Source of the DNA: Balanoglossus misakiensis
Lineage: Eukaryota > Animalia > Hemichordata
Assembly: GCA_040954595.2 (NCBI GenBank)
Contig: CM082587.2
Coordinates: 3,728,275-3,792,274, forward strand
Reading direction: 5' to 3'
DNA length: 64,000 bases
Both the position numbers and the translations under genes were made by a program. The notes beneath the pieces are model-generated. The model made no database searches. It was not told where the DNA came from and saw only the letters and a list, made by a program, of their open reading frames with translations. Shown here piece by piece: positions 40,123 through 53,025 of this stretch. Every line of letters starts with the position of its first letter. Positions within the stretch are counted from its first letter, which is position 1.

Positions 40123-43100
40123 TAATCTTATCAGAAGCCATGGTACGTTACTCCAGGCTTATTCTTGTCACTTATCTCCCAAATGCTAGGCAACTGTTCT
40201 CCATCAACTGGAATTCCACCGAGGGAAGGCAAATTGAAATTCCTGTTTGTCACATATGAGAGATGACACTTGAATATTTTTGATAATTGGACATAGTCAA
40301 ATAACCGTCATTCCCGACGTGTTCTGGTGTCACTGAAAAATGTGCCAATCAAGATTTGATGCGACTGTCTATAATTTCACTTCTTGAGTAGAAAGTAAAC
40401 TTTATTCTATTTCTTGGGAAATTGCAATTGTGACAGTAATGCCCTAATTTGACTTTTATCTCCCCTTTATGAGAAGGCATTTTTCACATAATGTAATTTT
40501 CAATTTCCCAAATATTTGCACACCTCATTAACCAAAGACTGGTGAAAGCAAATTGTATTGACTCATTTCTGGGCAATCATCTTGGAATTAAAAAATTCCA
40601 CGAGACAGTAATGATGGAGCAACGGTCAATGAAATAATGCATTAGACAGTCTAATAAGCCATTTTCATGATGGAAGTAATAATTCATGTCGAATTTGTTA
40701 TCGAATTGAGAGATAGCTGGCGTGGATGGAAAATTAAAAATTGTATACGTCTCACAGGGGTATATGCTGGGTCGTTTATTGTACCTCTGATTTACTGTGT
40801 TATTTGTGGGTGTGGATTAAGTGTACTGGAGCATGATGTTTCAACTACAATTATATTTTCGGCACGCGACACTTGCATCGTAGGAAAAATTACTGTGTGG
40901 TAATTTCATTTTTCGTGTCATAGTTACAGTGTACATTGGACCAGACACGAAAACAATGAAAGAACTGTGAAATAGATTAGTGATCAAAGCAATGCATTGC
41001 AGAAACTGTCCTTCACTTAGCGATGATTTAGTTCACCGACAAGCCTGACGCCCGGGCCTGAAGCCTTTTTGTGAAACAGGTCAACCATCTTGAAATATGT
41101 GCTAATTATTCCCTATATCATTGAAATGGTGATGCCACTGTCATCTCAGTTTTTCATAGCTGAAAGGATTCCGACTAGACATGTACTCTGACCTATCCTA
41201 GTGTATACACTTTTCACTTCTGTTTTGCTGCATATAGATCTTACAAATAGTGACTGCTTGGGTTAGACAGGTTTGGTCACCCACATTTCTTATCGGTGAT
41301 TTGTCGTATTGTCACCTCCTCTGCTGAACAGATCATAAAACATTGTCCAAAGTGGGCAGTTGTACCACGTAACACTACAAAGTGTCAGCAGGTCAACCGA
41401 GAACATACAGTGTGTCAGAATACAACCACTCTGGTGTACATGTCCTAAATAATGCTGTGCCAACTTGTATTAGATCTATAGATCACATCCAAAATTTGGT
41501 TCTAAGTTAGCAGCTATAGTTCTGTTGTGTGTGACCATGCATAAAATTTAACAGTCGTCCGTGCCGATTGTTAGGTTTGGAAAGTACGCCTATTACTTCT
41601 CAATGTCTCTGTACTTGTATGGATTTTACAGGACGAAATGACAAGATTAGCTGTGTTATACCCCTCCTGGTTGCAATCACGCAGAGAAAAGTGGGCTGCA
41701 ATCGTAGTCTTGGTTGAATGGGGAATACTGGGATAAAACAGCAGTAAATAATAACAGCTAGCACTCTGACAATGACATGAAAGGCAGCGTGGACTGCAGG
41801 ACGTATAACCTTCATAGTTCTGCAATATGTCATACTCAGTGACCTGAATAGACATTGTCCCTGAAGACAACACGCCTTTTTTATTTGTCTGGTGTTTACA
41901 GCTTTTTTTTTTCTTGCGACCAACCAGCCATATCCCTTGACGGCCTGCCTTACAGCAACTGTCAACAGAACGACTTAATTTGTCGGACATGAATCTTCCA
42001 GGCCAGCCAAAACCCTGTCCTTTGAACGCCAGACTGTTCCTCTCCTTCCAAACCAGTCACCACTTAACAGGTGCCTTGGCAACTAATTATTAATGGATAC
42101 CTTATATCTAATCGCTCATCCAACATTATGCCCATGTTGACAGGACCTTTAATCTGCAATTAATAAGCTTATTGTCGGTTGTTAGTCTCTTGAGTGTCGC
42201 TGTGGTGGTTTCCAACAATGTATACCTGTGTTCAGATGGGTGGTCTTGCAAAGTTGGGGATTTTGATGTTTGACCTTAGACCTCTTTGATTGCTGAGTTT
42301 AAGTAATTTGGGGATAAGCTAGAACCTTGTTCAAAGCACACATATGGGTTTGTAAGTCATTTCCTGTAATAATGTGTTACATTGACAAATATAGGTTCCT
42401 TTAGTGCTTACTGTTCGAAACACTGGTGGGAATTGAAATCAGGATCAGATAGTGTTGATTTACTGGGGAAAAAATCAATCAGAAAGTCTTCTTCTTTGAT
42501 AACTTCAAACGTGTCCTCATGGGACGTAGGTATATTGATACATATACTTCCAAATTCATCTTCTGGCACCTGGGAAATTGTTAGGGCATAGAAAATTGAC
42601 AGCCAGCTGATTGATACGTCAAAAGATTTATCAAGCAATTGCAGCTGTGTAACTTCAAGAGGGGGTTGTACATCAATCAGAGAATGAAAGCTCTTAAAAC
42701 ATAAATTTATTTGTGGAGGTAAGAGCTAGCACACATCCATGTCACAAACTCATAAATCAATTATAACTTCACGCCACTACGTTGTGAATACTTTTGTGGA
42801 CTTTATTCCACTTTTGGTCAATATAAGCTCCCAGCCAATAGAGCACTGCCGAGGTCAAACACAGCCTTGGTCACTGAGCGCGTTCCACTCACTGTCCAAA
42901 CAAAGAAGACACTCAGTAACAGTTCTGTGCACGGCCATTGTACGAACCTGAATTTGCAACATAATGTGTTGTGTGGTACAAACATGTAACCCGGTATTCT
43001 AATGGGGGTCCATCAGTCGTGTACTTGTCTTGGTCTCTGTGCATGTGTATAGCAGCCGTGAATGGTGCCTATTCAAACTGCGGCATTCTGTGTATAGCTT

Positions 43101-44433
43101 CTATTATCTCATTGTGTTCGTTAAGGTGTGTTCCATTTCTAGGGCTATTATCAAACACTGTCGTTACATTTAAAAGGCAGGAAAGGAAAAAAAAAAAACG
43201 TCGATTCACAGACCGGTGTGATCAGCATGGCAATGTCAGTTGGGACACGGGCAATACTTTGTTGGTTTTTTGTTCAATTATTTGCTAATTGGCCTTCTGT
43301 GTGTTGGGGGAGAACTCAACAAAACCCGGTTGATGGTGATTTTATTCTTTTAAATGCGACTTAAATCTAGACAGTTAATCATTTCCCGTGTCGCTTTTTT
43401 TCTACAAGGACAAGGATCAAAAGAATTTAATACACTGTACTCTGAATCTGCAACAGAAAATAGAAAATCCAGTGACAGGAAGTAAAGTCTTTTCTTGTAG
43501 ATTTCAAATTCAGTGATCCTTTGAAAAACCAAGGAGGGGTAACCTGTATAGAATATGTACCAGAACAGGAACCACTATATCACACACATATAATGTGAAA
43601 AGAAAAGACATTTCTTCTGATTTCTGGAGTCATTTTGTAACTTTTACATGTATGGTCACTTTGTGGACTATGTTTTTTTTTTCTTCAAACTGTCGGTCAT
43701 GACCTTCAAGGTTTGTTTTTCAGCTCACTTATTGAGAGGTCAATTACTGCATATAAAATGTTTGACCTTTCCTAAGTAACTAATTAACTAGACAGATATG
43801 ATTGCAGTGTCCTTATACACCGAATGCCACAGTATAGAAGGAATTATGAGAACACTGTCCACTAGATCATATGCCTCTTGATCATCTTGCCTTGTGGGGG
43901 CGCTACACCGGATTTTTTGTCCAAGTCAAGAGACAATTTGTCCTGAGTTTCTTTTAATTGTATCAAAAAAGTGCACCATTACAGAACATGTACAGTACAT
44001 TAAAATGACATATATTAAGAAACATTTTGGCCAAATTTATCATTATAAAATCCTGAAAATTGACAATAATTTCAGTTTGAAAGTAATAATAAAAAGAGCT
44101 GCTTTTGATTAAACTGCCATATAGTTTCTTTAAAATTCATGAGTGTTCAATATTTATAAACAGAACTTTAAAATGTGAAATATCTTGATGTACTAGTACT
44201 TTTGTATGACTTCTTCACCTCGCAACAAAATACTAACAGTAAGTAACAGTATCTCATGTCAGAGAAGTGTTTTCATTAGAACACTGCTGACAGAGGAGCT
44301 TAGAGGTTGTGTCTACACAGCCAATACACCCTGTGGGTCAATACGAAATAAGCCTCAGATTACCAATAAAGAAAGTTCTTTCCTTTGATAAAAAACTTCA
44401 TGTCAAATGAAACGGAATGTACATAGTGTGTAT

Positions 44434-46334
44434 CTAGTAGAGCTGAATCCTTAGAAAGGTGATCGAATCCATGGCTGTTGACGTCTTTATCCCACTCTCG
44501 TAGACGATGAACACATCGCTGCCATATTTGAGGGGATTCTGAAAGGCCGTCATGCAGCTATAGCCACTGTATCCGGGATCCATGAGGAGAAGTCCCGCCC
44601 AGCTGGTTCCGTTGTCGTAACTCCACTGCAGTGTCAAATTGATTCCTGCAAAGGATTCATGTTTATTAATATTCAAGCTACATGTACTGGTACTGGTACA
44701 AATCTCCATAACAGATTTCCATGTACTATTTAGGAGCAATTCCTTGCACTCCAAAAATCATCCATACCCCTGAATATGCATGAGACTTTCACTCACGTTT
44801 ACTGATTTGCCTTGGGTTGTTGAAAAACACAATACCATTGTGATAGAGTGTAGTGGCTGCACACACAGGCTCCAGCAGTGCTTCATCGAAGTAGACATTA
44901 TCAATTGGAAACGTCTCGGCACCATCATAGCTTCTGCTGATTATGCGACAGTGGCAGTGGTACCGGCCTTGATTGCGAATGTTCACCACGATCGATCCGT
45001 CCGGCAGTTCAATTGGCTGCAGAATTAATGGTAATATTATTTATGCATTTGTGTACAAACCAAATGACTGAAACAAGTAAGATTTCTTCAAGAAAGTAAA
45101 CCAAACGTAACCGACATAGCACCAAAGTATTTAACAACTTACTTGACATTCATCAGGTTCAAAGTCTCCCGCTTTCTTGGGCTGGTTGTAGGGTATGCTT
45201 TTCAGCATTCCTCCATATCGCCACGTGTCTCCGTGATCATCACTCAACAAGCAGAACATCCCATCACCAGATATCGTACCGTGTCCACACACAACGAGCC
45301 TGCCTTTGTGAGGGTTGTATTTTTTCTGATGAGAGAACAGAAACGACAGCATGAAACCAGGCCATGTGATGGTCTTCTGATTTAGCCACATGACAGTCAC
45401 ATGATACTGAATACAAACTGCCTCTATATACATGTATCTCAATCTTTACCATAGAAGACAATAGCTTTGGACAAAACCATGGTGGTGAAAGGGTTTAAAT
45501 GCTTCCTAAATCGTTGCATTTTACCTGAATTCCATAGCCTGGTCCTGGAGCAAACATCTTTGTTCCAATCTGTTCAGACATGTTGACAGATTTGCTCCAG
45601 GTGACACCATCGTCTACGCTCTTAATGTAGTGAGTTGTTGAAGTGCTGCAATCATGGTAGTGAGCGCACATGACATACACTATGAAGATTGTGTTCTTCT
45701 CCTGGTCCACCAGAATCACTCCAAAGTTCAGGCCATCGTAGACGGAGCCATCATCCAGAATGTACTTCTGGGGTTTCCATGTGTATCCTTCAGGTTAACA
45801 AAGAATATACACACTCTTACTCTTAGCTCGCCTGCAACATAATTAACACAATGATTGTTCATCATAAGCCGACGTATCTTACCTCCATCTAATGATCTCT
45901 TGATGGCCATGAACTTGGGGCCGACATCACTACTACTTTTTTTTCTCCCTTCAACGACGACTATGAGATTCCCTAGTGGTGTGGTTGTGATCAATGGACT
46001 CCGATACAGGGCAACTTCCCCTTCCCCTGCCATCCATAAAACCTGTCTCTCTGTCACTATCGGTGTTACCTACCAAGAGACGGCAACATTATAAGTACAT
46101 GTAGTTTACTCGTGTGTACGAGATAAAACTTTAGGCGAGGGTTAGGAGAGGGAGAGACTGATGACAAGTACAAAACAAAGTATTTCTCTTAGTCTCACGG
46201 TCAGTGATCGGTCAGTGTGACCGTGACTAAAAGTAGAGAAACGTACTCACATTGCGAAAAGAAGAATATTCACTGCACAAAGAAACATCACACAAGAACA
46301 GCAGTCCCAAACTCAAACCGATTACACGTAGCAT
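44434..46334 (-). CDS. NEU1: Sialidase-1 (NEU1-type neuraminidase), copy A, 6 exons, 382 aa
   Basis: Exons (-): 46334-46251, 46069-45883, 45787-45525, 45325-45143, 45016-44797, 44645-44434 (1149 nt). Features: signal peptide, YRSP, Asp-boxes ([32 protein letters not shown]), [47 protein letters not shown]. These are NEU1-specific signatures. Confidence 0.93.
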
Positions 46335-46409
46335 GACACCAATAGACAGGGTGGAAAGAGTGGACGGTGCAAACAAAAAAACTTCAATCGGTGTTGTGGT
46401 TGTTTGGTA

Positions 46410-46473
46410 TCATGTGATAAATCATGTGACATACCTTTAATGTGACCTGTGACCTGCGCGACTGGCTCCGCCC
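46410..46473 (-). promoter_or_regulatory. Two CLEAR/M-box-like TCATGTGA motifs plus GC box upstream of sialidase A
   Basis: TCATGTGA at 46410-46417 and 46422-46429; CTCCGCCC at ~46466-46473; all within 140 bp upstream of the ATG. Confidence 0.5.
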
Positions 46474-46713
46474 GACCTCTATCACGCAAAGTAGCGTTCC
46501 TTTCGTTTTCATAAAATACACCACTGCACTGATTAGTTTGGGGACCTGCTAACGACTCCTTCAACTCAGCAAAACAAACATTTGAACACGAAATGATGTT
46601 TAATGTAATTTTAATGTAAAAATGTCGAATACTCGAACTCTGGATATAGCCTACACCCTGTATATTGCAATGACTGAGAAATAAACTCAGACGATTCCCA
46701 TTTGCTGTGACGG

Positions 46714-48072
46714 TTAGTAGAGTTGAATCCTAACAAGAGTGATTGAATCGATGATGGTCGGCTTCGCTACACCACTCTCGTAGGCGATGAATACATCGCT
46801 GCCATATTTGAGGGGATTCTGGAACGCCGTCATGCAGCTATAGCCACTGTATCCGGAATCAATTGGGAGATTCCCGGCCCAGGTGGTTCCGTTGTCGTAA
46901 CTCCACTGCAGTGTCATATCGATACCTGGAAAAGACGGAATGTGGTTTTAAAAAAATCAAAACTGCCAAACTTTCAAAGGAATATCTCACAAACATCATG
47001 ACCCAATATATCTATCATAGACATCATATATTTCTTTGCCCTAAGAAATCTACTTACGCTTGGAAGTATTCATGGGATTACTGAAAAACACCACATCATT
47101 GTGATAGATTGTACTGGCCGCACACACGGGTTCTATCAGTGTTTCATCAAAGTAGACGTATTCAATTGGAAAGGTCTCGGCACCATCATAGCTTCTGCTA
47201 ATTATGCGGCAATCACAGTGGTATCGGCCTTGGTTGCGAATGTTCACCATCACAGAACCATCTGCCAGTTCAATGGGCTGAGAGATAAAAGAACAGTGGT
47301 AAAGCCAATATTTAATAATTCTAGGTTTCTGCTACTTAGATGAGCAAAAAAATCTTGTATGGTCGACACAATTTCAAGAAGACATGTACAGTTTTCATGC
47401 ACATGTGCAATTCAGACGACACCGTCCCTTTAACATTTAACTTGATAGAGTTATTGCAGAAGGATGGTAATATATTTGTCACCTGGCATTCATTGGGTTC
47501 AAAATCTCCAGCTTTCTTGGTTTGGTTGTAGGGTATACTCTTCAGACCTCCTCCGTATCTCCACGTGTCTCCATGATCGTCGCTCACTAGGCAGAGCATC
47601 CCGTTGCTATGCCCACATACAATAAGCCGGCCTTTGTTCGGGGCGTATTTTTTCTGATTAGAAGACAGAAATGAAGAAACATATCACAGTCTGCATGAAA
47701 ATCCACGAGTATAAAGTGCATGAAAGGTCTTCTGTTATTACCTGTATGCCATAGCCTGGGCCTGGATCAAACGTCTGTGTTCCAATCTGTTCAGACATGT
47801 TGACAGCTTTGCTCCAGGTAACACCGTCGTCTACACTTTTGATGTAGTGAGCTGTCGAGACACTGCAGTCGTCGTGGTGAGCACACATGACATACACTAC
47901 GAACAAGAAGTTCTTCTCTTCATCCACCAGAATAACTCCCAAGTTCAGGCCGTCTTTGACCGAGCCATCGTCCAATAGAAACTGCTGCGGTTTCCAGGTG
48001 TAACCTGAAATCGACAGAAGACATGGGAATTCCCTTAGAATCAATGCACACATGTCCCCTGTGGAATTAAAG

Positions 48073-48154
<82 letters not shown>

Positions 48155-48889
48155 CCACCACTACTGACAAGATTAGTGTTTACAGCACTTTAATTGTGCA
48201 TCTCTCACCCCCATCTACGGATCGTCTCATGGCCAGAAATTTGGCTCCAGCATCCCCGCCGCTTGACTTCCTGGCCTCTGAAACGACTATTATGGTTCCC
48301 AGAGGGGTGGTGGTGATTACAGGAATACGATAGAGGGCCACTTCTTCCTGGCCCGCCATCCACAAAACTTGTCTTTCTGTCACAGCAGGAGTTACCTGTA
48401 AACAAATCATAAACAAACATATAACACACCAATAAATGTAAACAAAGCGTCCAGAAATGAGACTTGAAGGGTGGGTGTTGCTGTTGGCCCATTTACAATT
48501 GTGAATATGGGTCCCATTAAGACAGCGATAATTGCTAGTTTAGCACGGGGTTTTAGCAATACACGCTATCGATTTTCCCATTAACCACCTGTTAATTACT
48601 TAATCGTGTCGTACCCATCGACTGATGAGGTTGATAAAAATATTAAATATCCGTGAACTGGCACTACTCAGTGGGTATAATACCCATTTCTTAATTAATG
48701 TTGGCCTACTACTGTACTGGTCCCACCTGACATATTGGTCAGAGTGTATAGTGCGACACCGGCGACTAAATACACAGTACACACGTAGTGGTGTGTGTTA
48801 CTCACATTTTGGAACTTGCTACTGCTACCACAAACTGTATACGCCAAACTCAGAAGTAATATAGTAAGCGTTCGAACTCCTCGTATCAT
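46714..48889 (-). CDS. NEU1: Sialidase-1 (NEU1-type neuraminidase), copy B, 6 exons, 378 aa
   Basis: Exons (-): 48889-48806, 48395-48209, 48004-47742, 47653-47483, 47277-47058, 46925-46714 (1137 nt). Same exon sizes as copy A except exon 4, which is 12 nt shorter. YRIP, Asp-boxes, NECQ, NIRN, GYSC and YESG are retained. Confidence 0.93.
48073..48153. repeat. (ATC)27 microsatellite in intron 2 of sialidase B
   Basis: Direct reading. Confidence 0.95.
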
Positions 48890-49501
48890 GGTGAAACAAC
48901 CAAGGACGATCCGTGGGTTTGAATGTGTGTTTGCATAGGTGGATCACGACAATGTTTTCTGGCACGGTCAATCGCAAGTCCCCACCCGTTGTATGATTGT
49001 ATTTCGTCGGTGAAGCGAGAAGGGGTGTTTACGCATCACCTGACCGGGTCATATGATATACGAATGTCCTCAGTAACCTTAGAACAGTCGGGGGCGGGCC
49101 GCATTAGGGACTGGTCATTTTTGCCATACTGTGTTGCCGGTGTTTTTAGTGGGTTAGGTCATCTTGGTTGTTTGTTTATTTGTCTGTTTGTTCCATTGGA
49201 TAAATGTTTGCTTACATTATTAATATACTTTAGTTTGTTGTCGTTGTTGCCTTCATTTCTACATTAGGGCCTAATAATCGTGTAGCTTTTTACGCTGTGT
49301 GCACGTAGTATAGTATACGTTGCGTTGCCACTGGAGAAAATATTTGACAAGCAAACTAACCAGAACGCAGTTTTGGTGCAAACGCTTCCGTGTTTGACAT
49401 GTTGTCCAGTACGTGTTGGTTTCATTCCCGATTCGGGGTTTAAATGGACTCTGGAATTTTAAATATTTCGTCTTTGAAACCAGTGTGTTAAACAAAACGG
49501 G

Positions 49502-50929
49502 ATGCCAGTCAGGACGCGATCTCAGGCGAGGGCCGACAAGCGTAAGGAGGAAGGTGAGACCACGAACCAGAGTCACCTTGGTGAGACCCAAAGCAGCCGA
49601 GGAGAAGACGCTCGGCCAAAAGACGACGTCCCCACCACCACAGACCACATACACGACGACAAAAGTCAACATTCGCCACCGCCAGGTAACAAGAAGAGGG
49701 TAAGGAATAAAAGTCCCCACGCGAGCGGCGGTGAGGAACACCAAGCACAGTCGAGAGCGACCGGGTCACCGAGTCCGGCGACGTCTTCTAGCGAATTCAG
49801 TGACGAAAACCTTAGTGAAGATGAAAGCGAAACAACAGAAAAACTGGGACTAGATTATGCTGAAGATCAAGCTCCTCGCGCTGCCACGAGCAGGGCGACA
49901 GAAGGACACGAACCCGGAAGTGATCATGCACCTGAATTGAGATTACGTGAACATCTCTCGAAAAAGAAAAGCGAAGCGATTGCGGCCGTGCCGAATGATG
50001 ACGAGGAGAATTTGACTGGACGATCGCTTTACGAGGATGTGTCATTTTCAGATAATGACGATGTCGGTGAAGCTGATGTTAGTGAAGGTAGTGTCAACAG
50101 CAATGATGTTGATGTCAGTGAGGGTAGTCATATCTGCAAGGAATCCACTCCTGAACGTGGTTCTCGCGATGATTTCGGTGTGAACTTGTACTTAGGGCTA
50201 ATTGTGCTCGTCCTTTTGCTGGCCGGTTTATTGACCATCTATCTTTGGAAAACAAGCCCGCTGTTTGGCCGGACAGCGTCCGGAGGAAGCGACCCGGCGG
50301 AGGCGATCGGGGTTACTCTGGGGAGAAACATGGAATCCATGAGGGGAGAATTTAAAGATCAAAGTCCGCGTTTCTGGTCGGTCATCGGGGCGTCGTTAGA
50401 GTCAGTTGTGGATGAGATCTCGTCGGGTCAGCCACTCAAGCCGAGCATCATCATGATAGCCAGCACCGGGGGCACCGCCGATAAAGCGGACGACATAGCG
50501 TGGCAAGTTGCCAACAGCTTGCAGTTGTCCAACACAGAAGCCGTGAAAATTAATTCCGACGAGTTTGGAATCTCAGTCTCAGACCCCGACTCTGCTAAAT
50601 TACAGTTGGATAACTTAATGGAAAGAGCGCTGGGTGGCGATGCCAAAGCTGTCGTTATATTCCATATTGAATATTTGCACCCAGATGCCTTATCCATCTT
50701 ATTCAGATACTGTGATCACGAGAACGCACCTTTTAAAGATGGGGTCATAGTTTTCACCGTTCGCATAAGTGACGATTTCGACGCAGAATCCACTCTCAAA
50801 GAAAAAGAAGAAGCAGTGGAGAATTTTCTGACTGAACACTGGAAAGCTGCCTCCGAGGGACAATTGTCTGATGACTTTTTGGCCTCTCTGTTGAGTCGAA
50901 TTGGAAATTCCATCGCTATAGTAACATAA
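49502..50929 (+). CDS. TOR1AIP-like: Torsin-1A-interacting protein (LAP1/LULL1 family), copy 1, 475 aa, intronless
   Basis: Disordered N-terminus, single TM (LYLGLIVLVLLLAGLLTIYLW), then a luminal AAA-like domain with F.DQSPRFW, AVVIFHIEYL, YCDHENAPFKD.VIVFTV and the arginine-finger LSRI motif. Confidence 0.88.
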   Translation: MPVRTRSQARADKRKEEGETTNQSHLGETQSSRGEDARPKDDVPTTTDHIHDDKSQHSPPPGNKKRVRNKSPHASGGEEHQAQSRATGSPSPATSSSEFSDENLSEDESETTEKLGLDYAEDQAPRAATSRATEGHEPGSDHAPELRLREHLSKKKSEAIAAVPNDDEENLTGRSLYEDVSFSDNDDVGEADVSEGSVNSNDVDVSEGSHICKESTPERGSRDDFGVNLYLGLIVLVLLLAGLLTIYLWKTSPLFGRTASGGSDPAEAIGVTLGRNMESMRGEFKDQSPRFWSVIGASLESVVDEISSGQPLKPSIIMIASTGGTADKADDIAWQVANSLQLSNTEAVKINSDEFGISVSDPDSAKLQLDNLMERALGGDAKAVVIFHIEYLHPDALSILFRYCDHENAPFKDGVIVFTVRISDDFDAESTLKEKEEAVENFLTEHWKAASEGQLSDDFLASLLSRIGNSIAIVT

Positions 50930-51919
50930 TTGTGTGAAATGAGAGTATATCTGCGCTTTTCTTTGGGGGGGGGGGTGAAATGAAAATGTTTAAAGATATC
51001 AAAATGATAAGAATCTGATCATCGGTACCATGACTTACAATGCACGCCTTGTCAATCAATGATAGGCCTAACGCGTGTTGAAATAATCCATGACGCCACC
51101 AAAAATTCCATATACTATTATTCCACGAACTTGATAAAATGAGATTATGCGTGTCCACTAAAATTGTACTTTTTGCAAACTATCAACTGCTTGATTTCAA
51201 TCCTCTGCTTTTCAGTGGATTATAACCATACAGCGTGTGCTTTGTTAAAACTCGTTTGATACTAATATGTGCCTTTTACCATTGGTATAAAGTTGGTGTA
51301 TGTTACATGTAGACTTCATATCCACGGGCTTGACTTGTGAGGGTTGTGCAGACATTAACGTGTCTCCCTTTACATAGCATCTGGGGTTGCGACCTTGTTT
51401 GCTCGTACCTGACACACCGTTGTTTTGTCGACGCCAGAGAACTGTACGTGCATTTCCATACAGAGACCTGTCACATGACTCCGATATAACTAACCCGCTT
51501 ATCTCAGATGTGATTTTGTTTGTTTGTCTGTGCAAAATTTAACCCTGATTGTAAATATTCATAATATTATGAGCGAGCTGGCAATTAAATAACACAGTAC
51601 TACCAAACGTCTGTCTCTGCTGTAATTATTTGTAGCAATTCCGGTTCAGTTATAGTGGGGCCCATCTTATTTTGAATCATTAGTTATGCGAATTATTAAC
51701 AGTTCTCCAGACCCCCCCCCCCCCCATAATGAACCTATTTGCGACGGGGTATAGCGCCCTCACACTGATGACGGGTATTCAGACAATGGGTACATGTACA
51801 TCCAAAGTACACGTCCTGATACGTGCGGTGACGCAAACGTTTCCGCGTTTAGATACTGGAGTCCTTCATTTCTATAAAGGGGAACAAGTCTATTGCTGGG
51901 TTTTAGAACACAACAGAGG

Positions 51920-53025
51920 ATGTCGGTGACAATGACGCATGAGACGAATGTGAAAGAGGCAGAAGATGAAGGAAAAGACAATCCCCAAGATGGCGGCGAT
52001 GGTGTTCAGCTGAAAGACGACATCTGTACCACCGCAGATCATGAAGAGCAGACTGAGGAGGGTAATGACGTAGCTGGATCGCCTACATCACCGGGCAGCG
52101 AGAACAGATCAACGCCCGCCGGCGCTGCAGAGCATTCTGACTCGGCGGCCAACTTGACGCCGCTGACGTCTCCTGTAACCGACAAAAATCAAAGTCGGGT
52201 CGTTACAGAAAGTCAATGTCAGGAGGTACCGGTGGACGAAACTGCTCGACATGAACTGAGTAGCGAGTCCGGAGGTGCTGACGAACCCGAAAGTGGGCGT
52301 GCCCAAGCAGAAGAAGGTGCTGAGGATACGACACGGCAGACGTGCTCTGACGCCAGCGATAACCAAAGTGAAAATGAAGTGAGTGCATCGCCAGAAAGTC
52401 CAGAACCAGAATTCTCGGAAGAAGCTTTTCAACGCCGCAGTAGCAGCGAGTCAACGGGTGGTGATAAACCCGGAAGAGATAATTATGTACAGGGGACAGG
52501 ACCAGGAGACAGCGAGGCGAAAAACCGCAGCATTGAAGAGGGTGGCCAACAGAATGAAACTGAACCATTGCCTGATGACAGTGAACAGTTTGCTGCTCCG
52601 TTGGACAAGAGTGTGGATGCTGGGCCACATGCAAGTTGGGAGAATGCTCAGTCGAGAGATGAAGTCACTATTGCTGTAGAAAAAGCTGTGGACGACAAAA
52701 CCAATTCTGCGGGATCAACTGGTGGGCACACAGACTCGCCTGACGACGCAGCACACGCGACGCCCCCTGGCGACCACATGAGTGCAAATGAAAGGGAACC
52801 AACGGAAGTTCTTGGACAAAAGTTGTCGGCAGACGAAGAACTTTCTCAGCGCGACAGCAGCAGAAGATCATCGACGGATGATGAGGAATCCAGGAGCGAG
52901 CTCGTACATGGTGGCTTGAGATTGCGCACGCTTGGCCATGAGCCACAGTCAAAAGATGAAAGCGAGGGGAAGACATCTGCTACCACCAGCAAGGAGACGG
53001 GCAAAGAAGGTGGTAATGGTGGTGG

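Noticed and set aside
41571-41990. 139-aa minus-strand ORF
   Set aside because: No homology cues, crosses a homopolymer run, no consistent splice context.
46189-46230. Short inverted repeat TTAGTCTCACGGTCA...TGACCGTGACTAA in sialidase A intron 1
   Set aside because: Could be a Helentron/MITE remnant or miRNA-like hairpin, but it is too short and single-copy here.
47658-48333. Poly-Met and poly-Ile ORFs
   Set aside because: Artefacts of the intronic (ATC)27 repeat read into sialidase exons.
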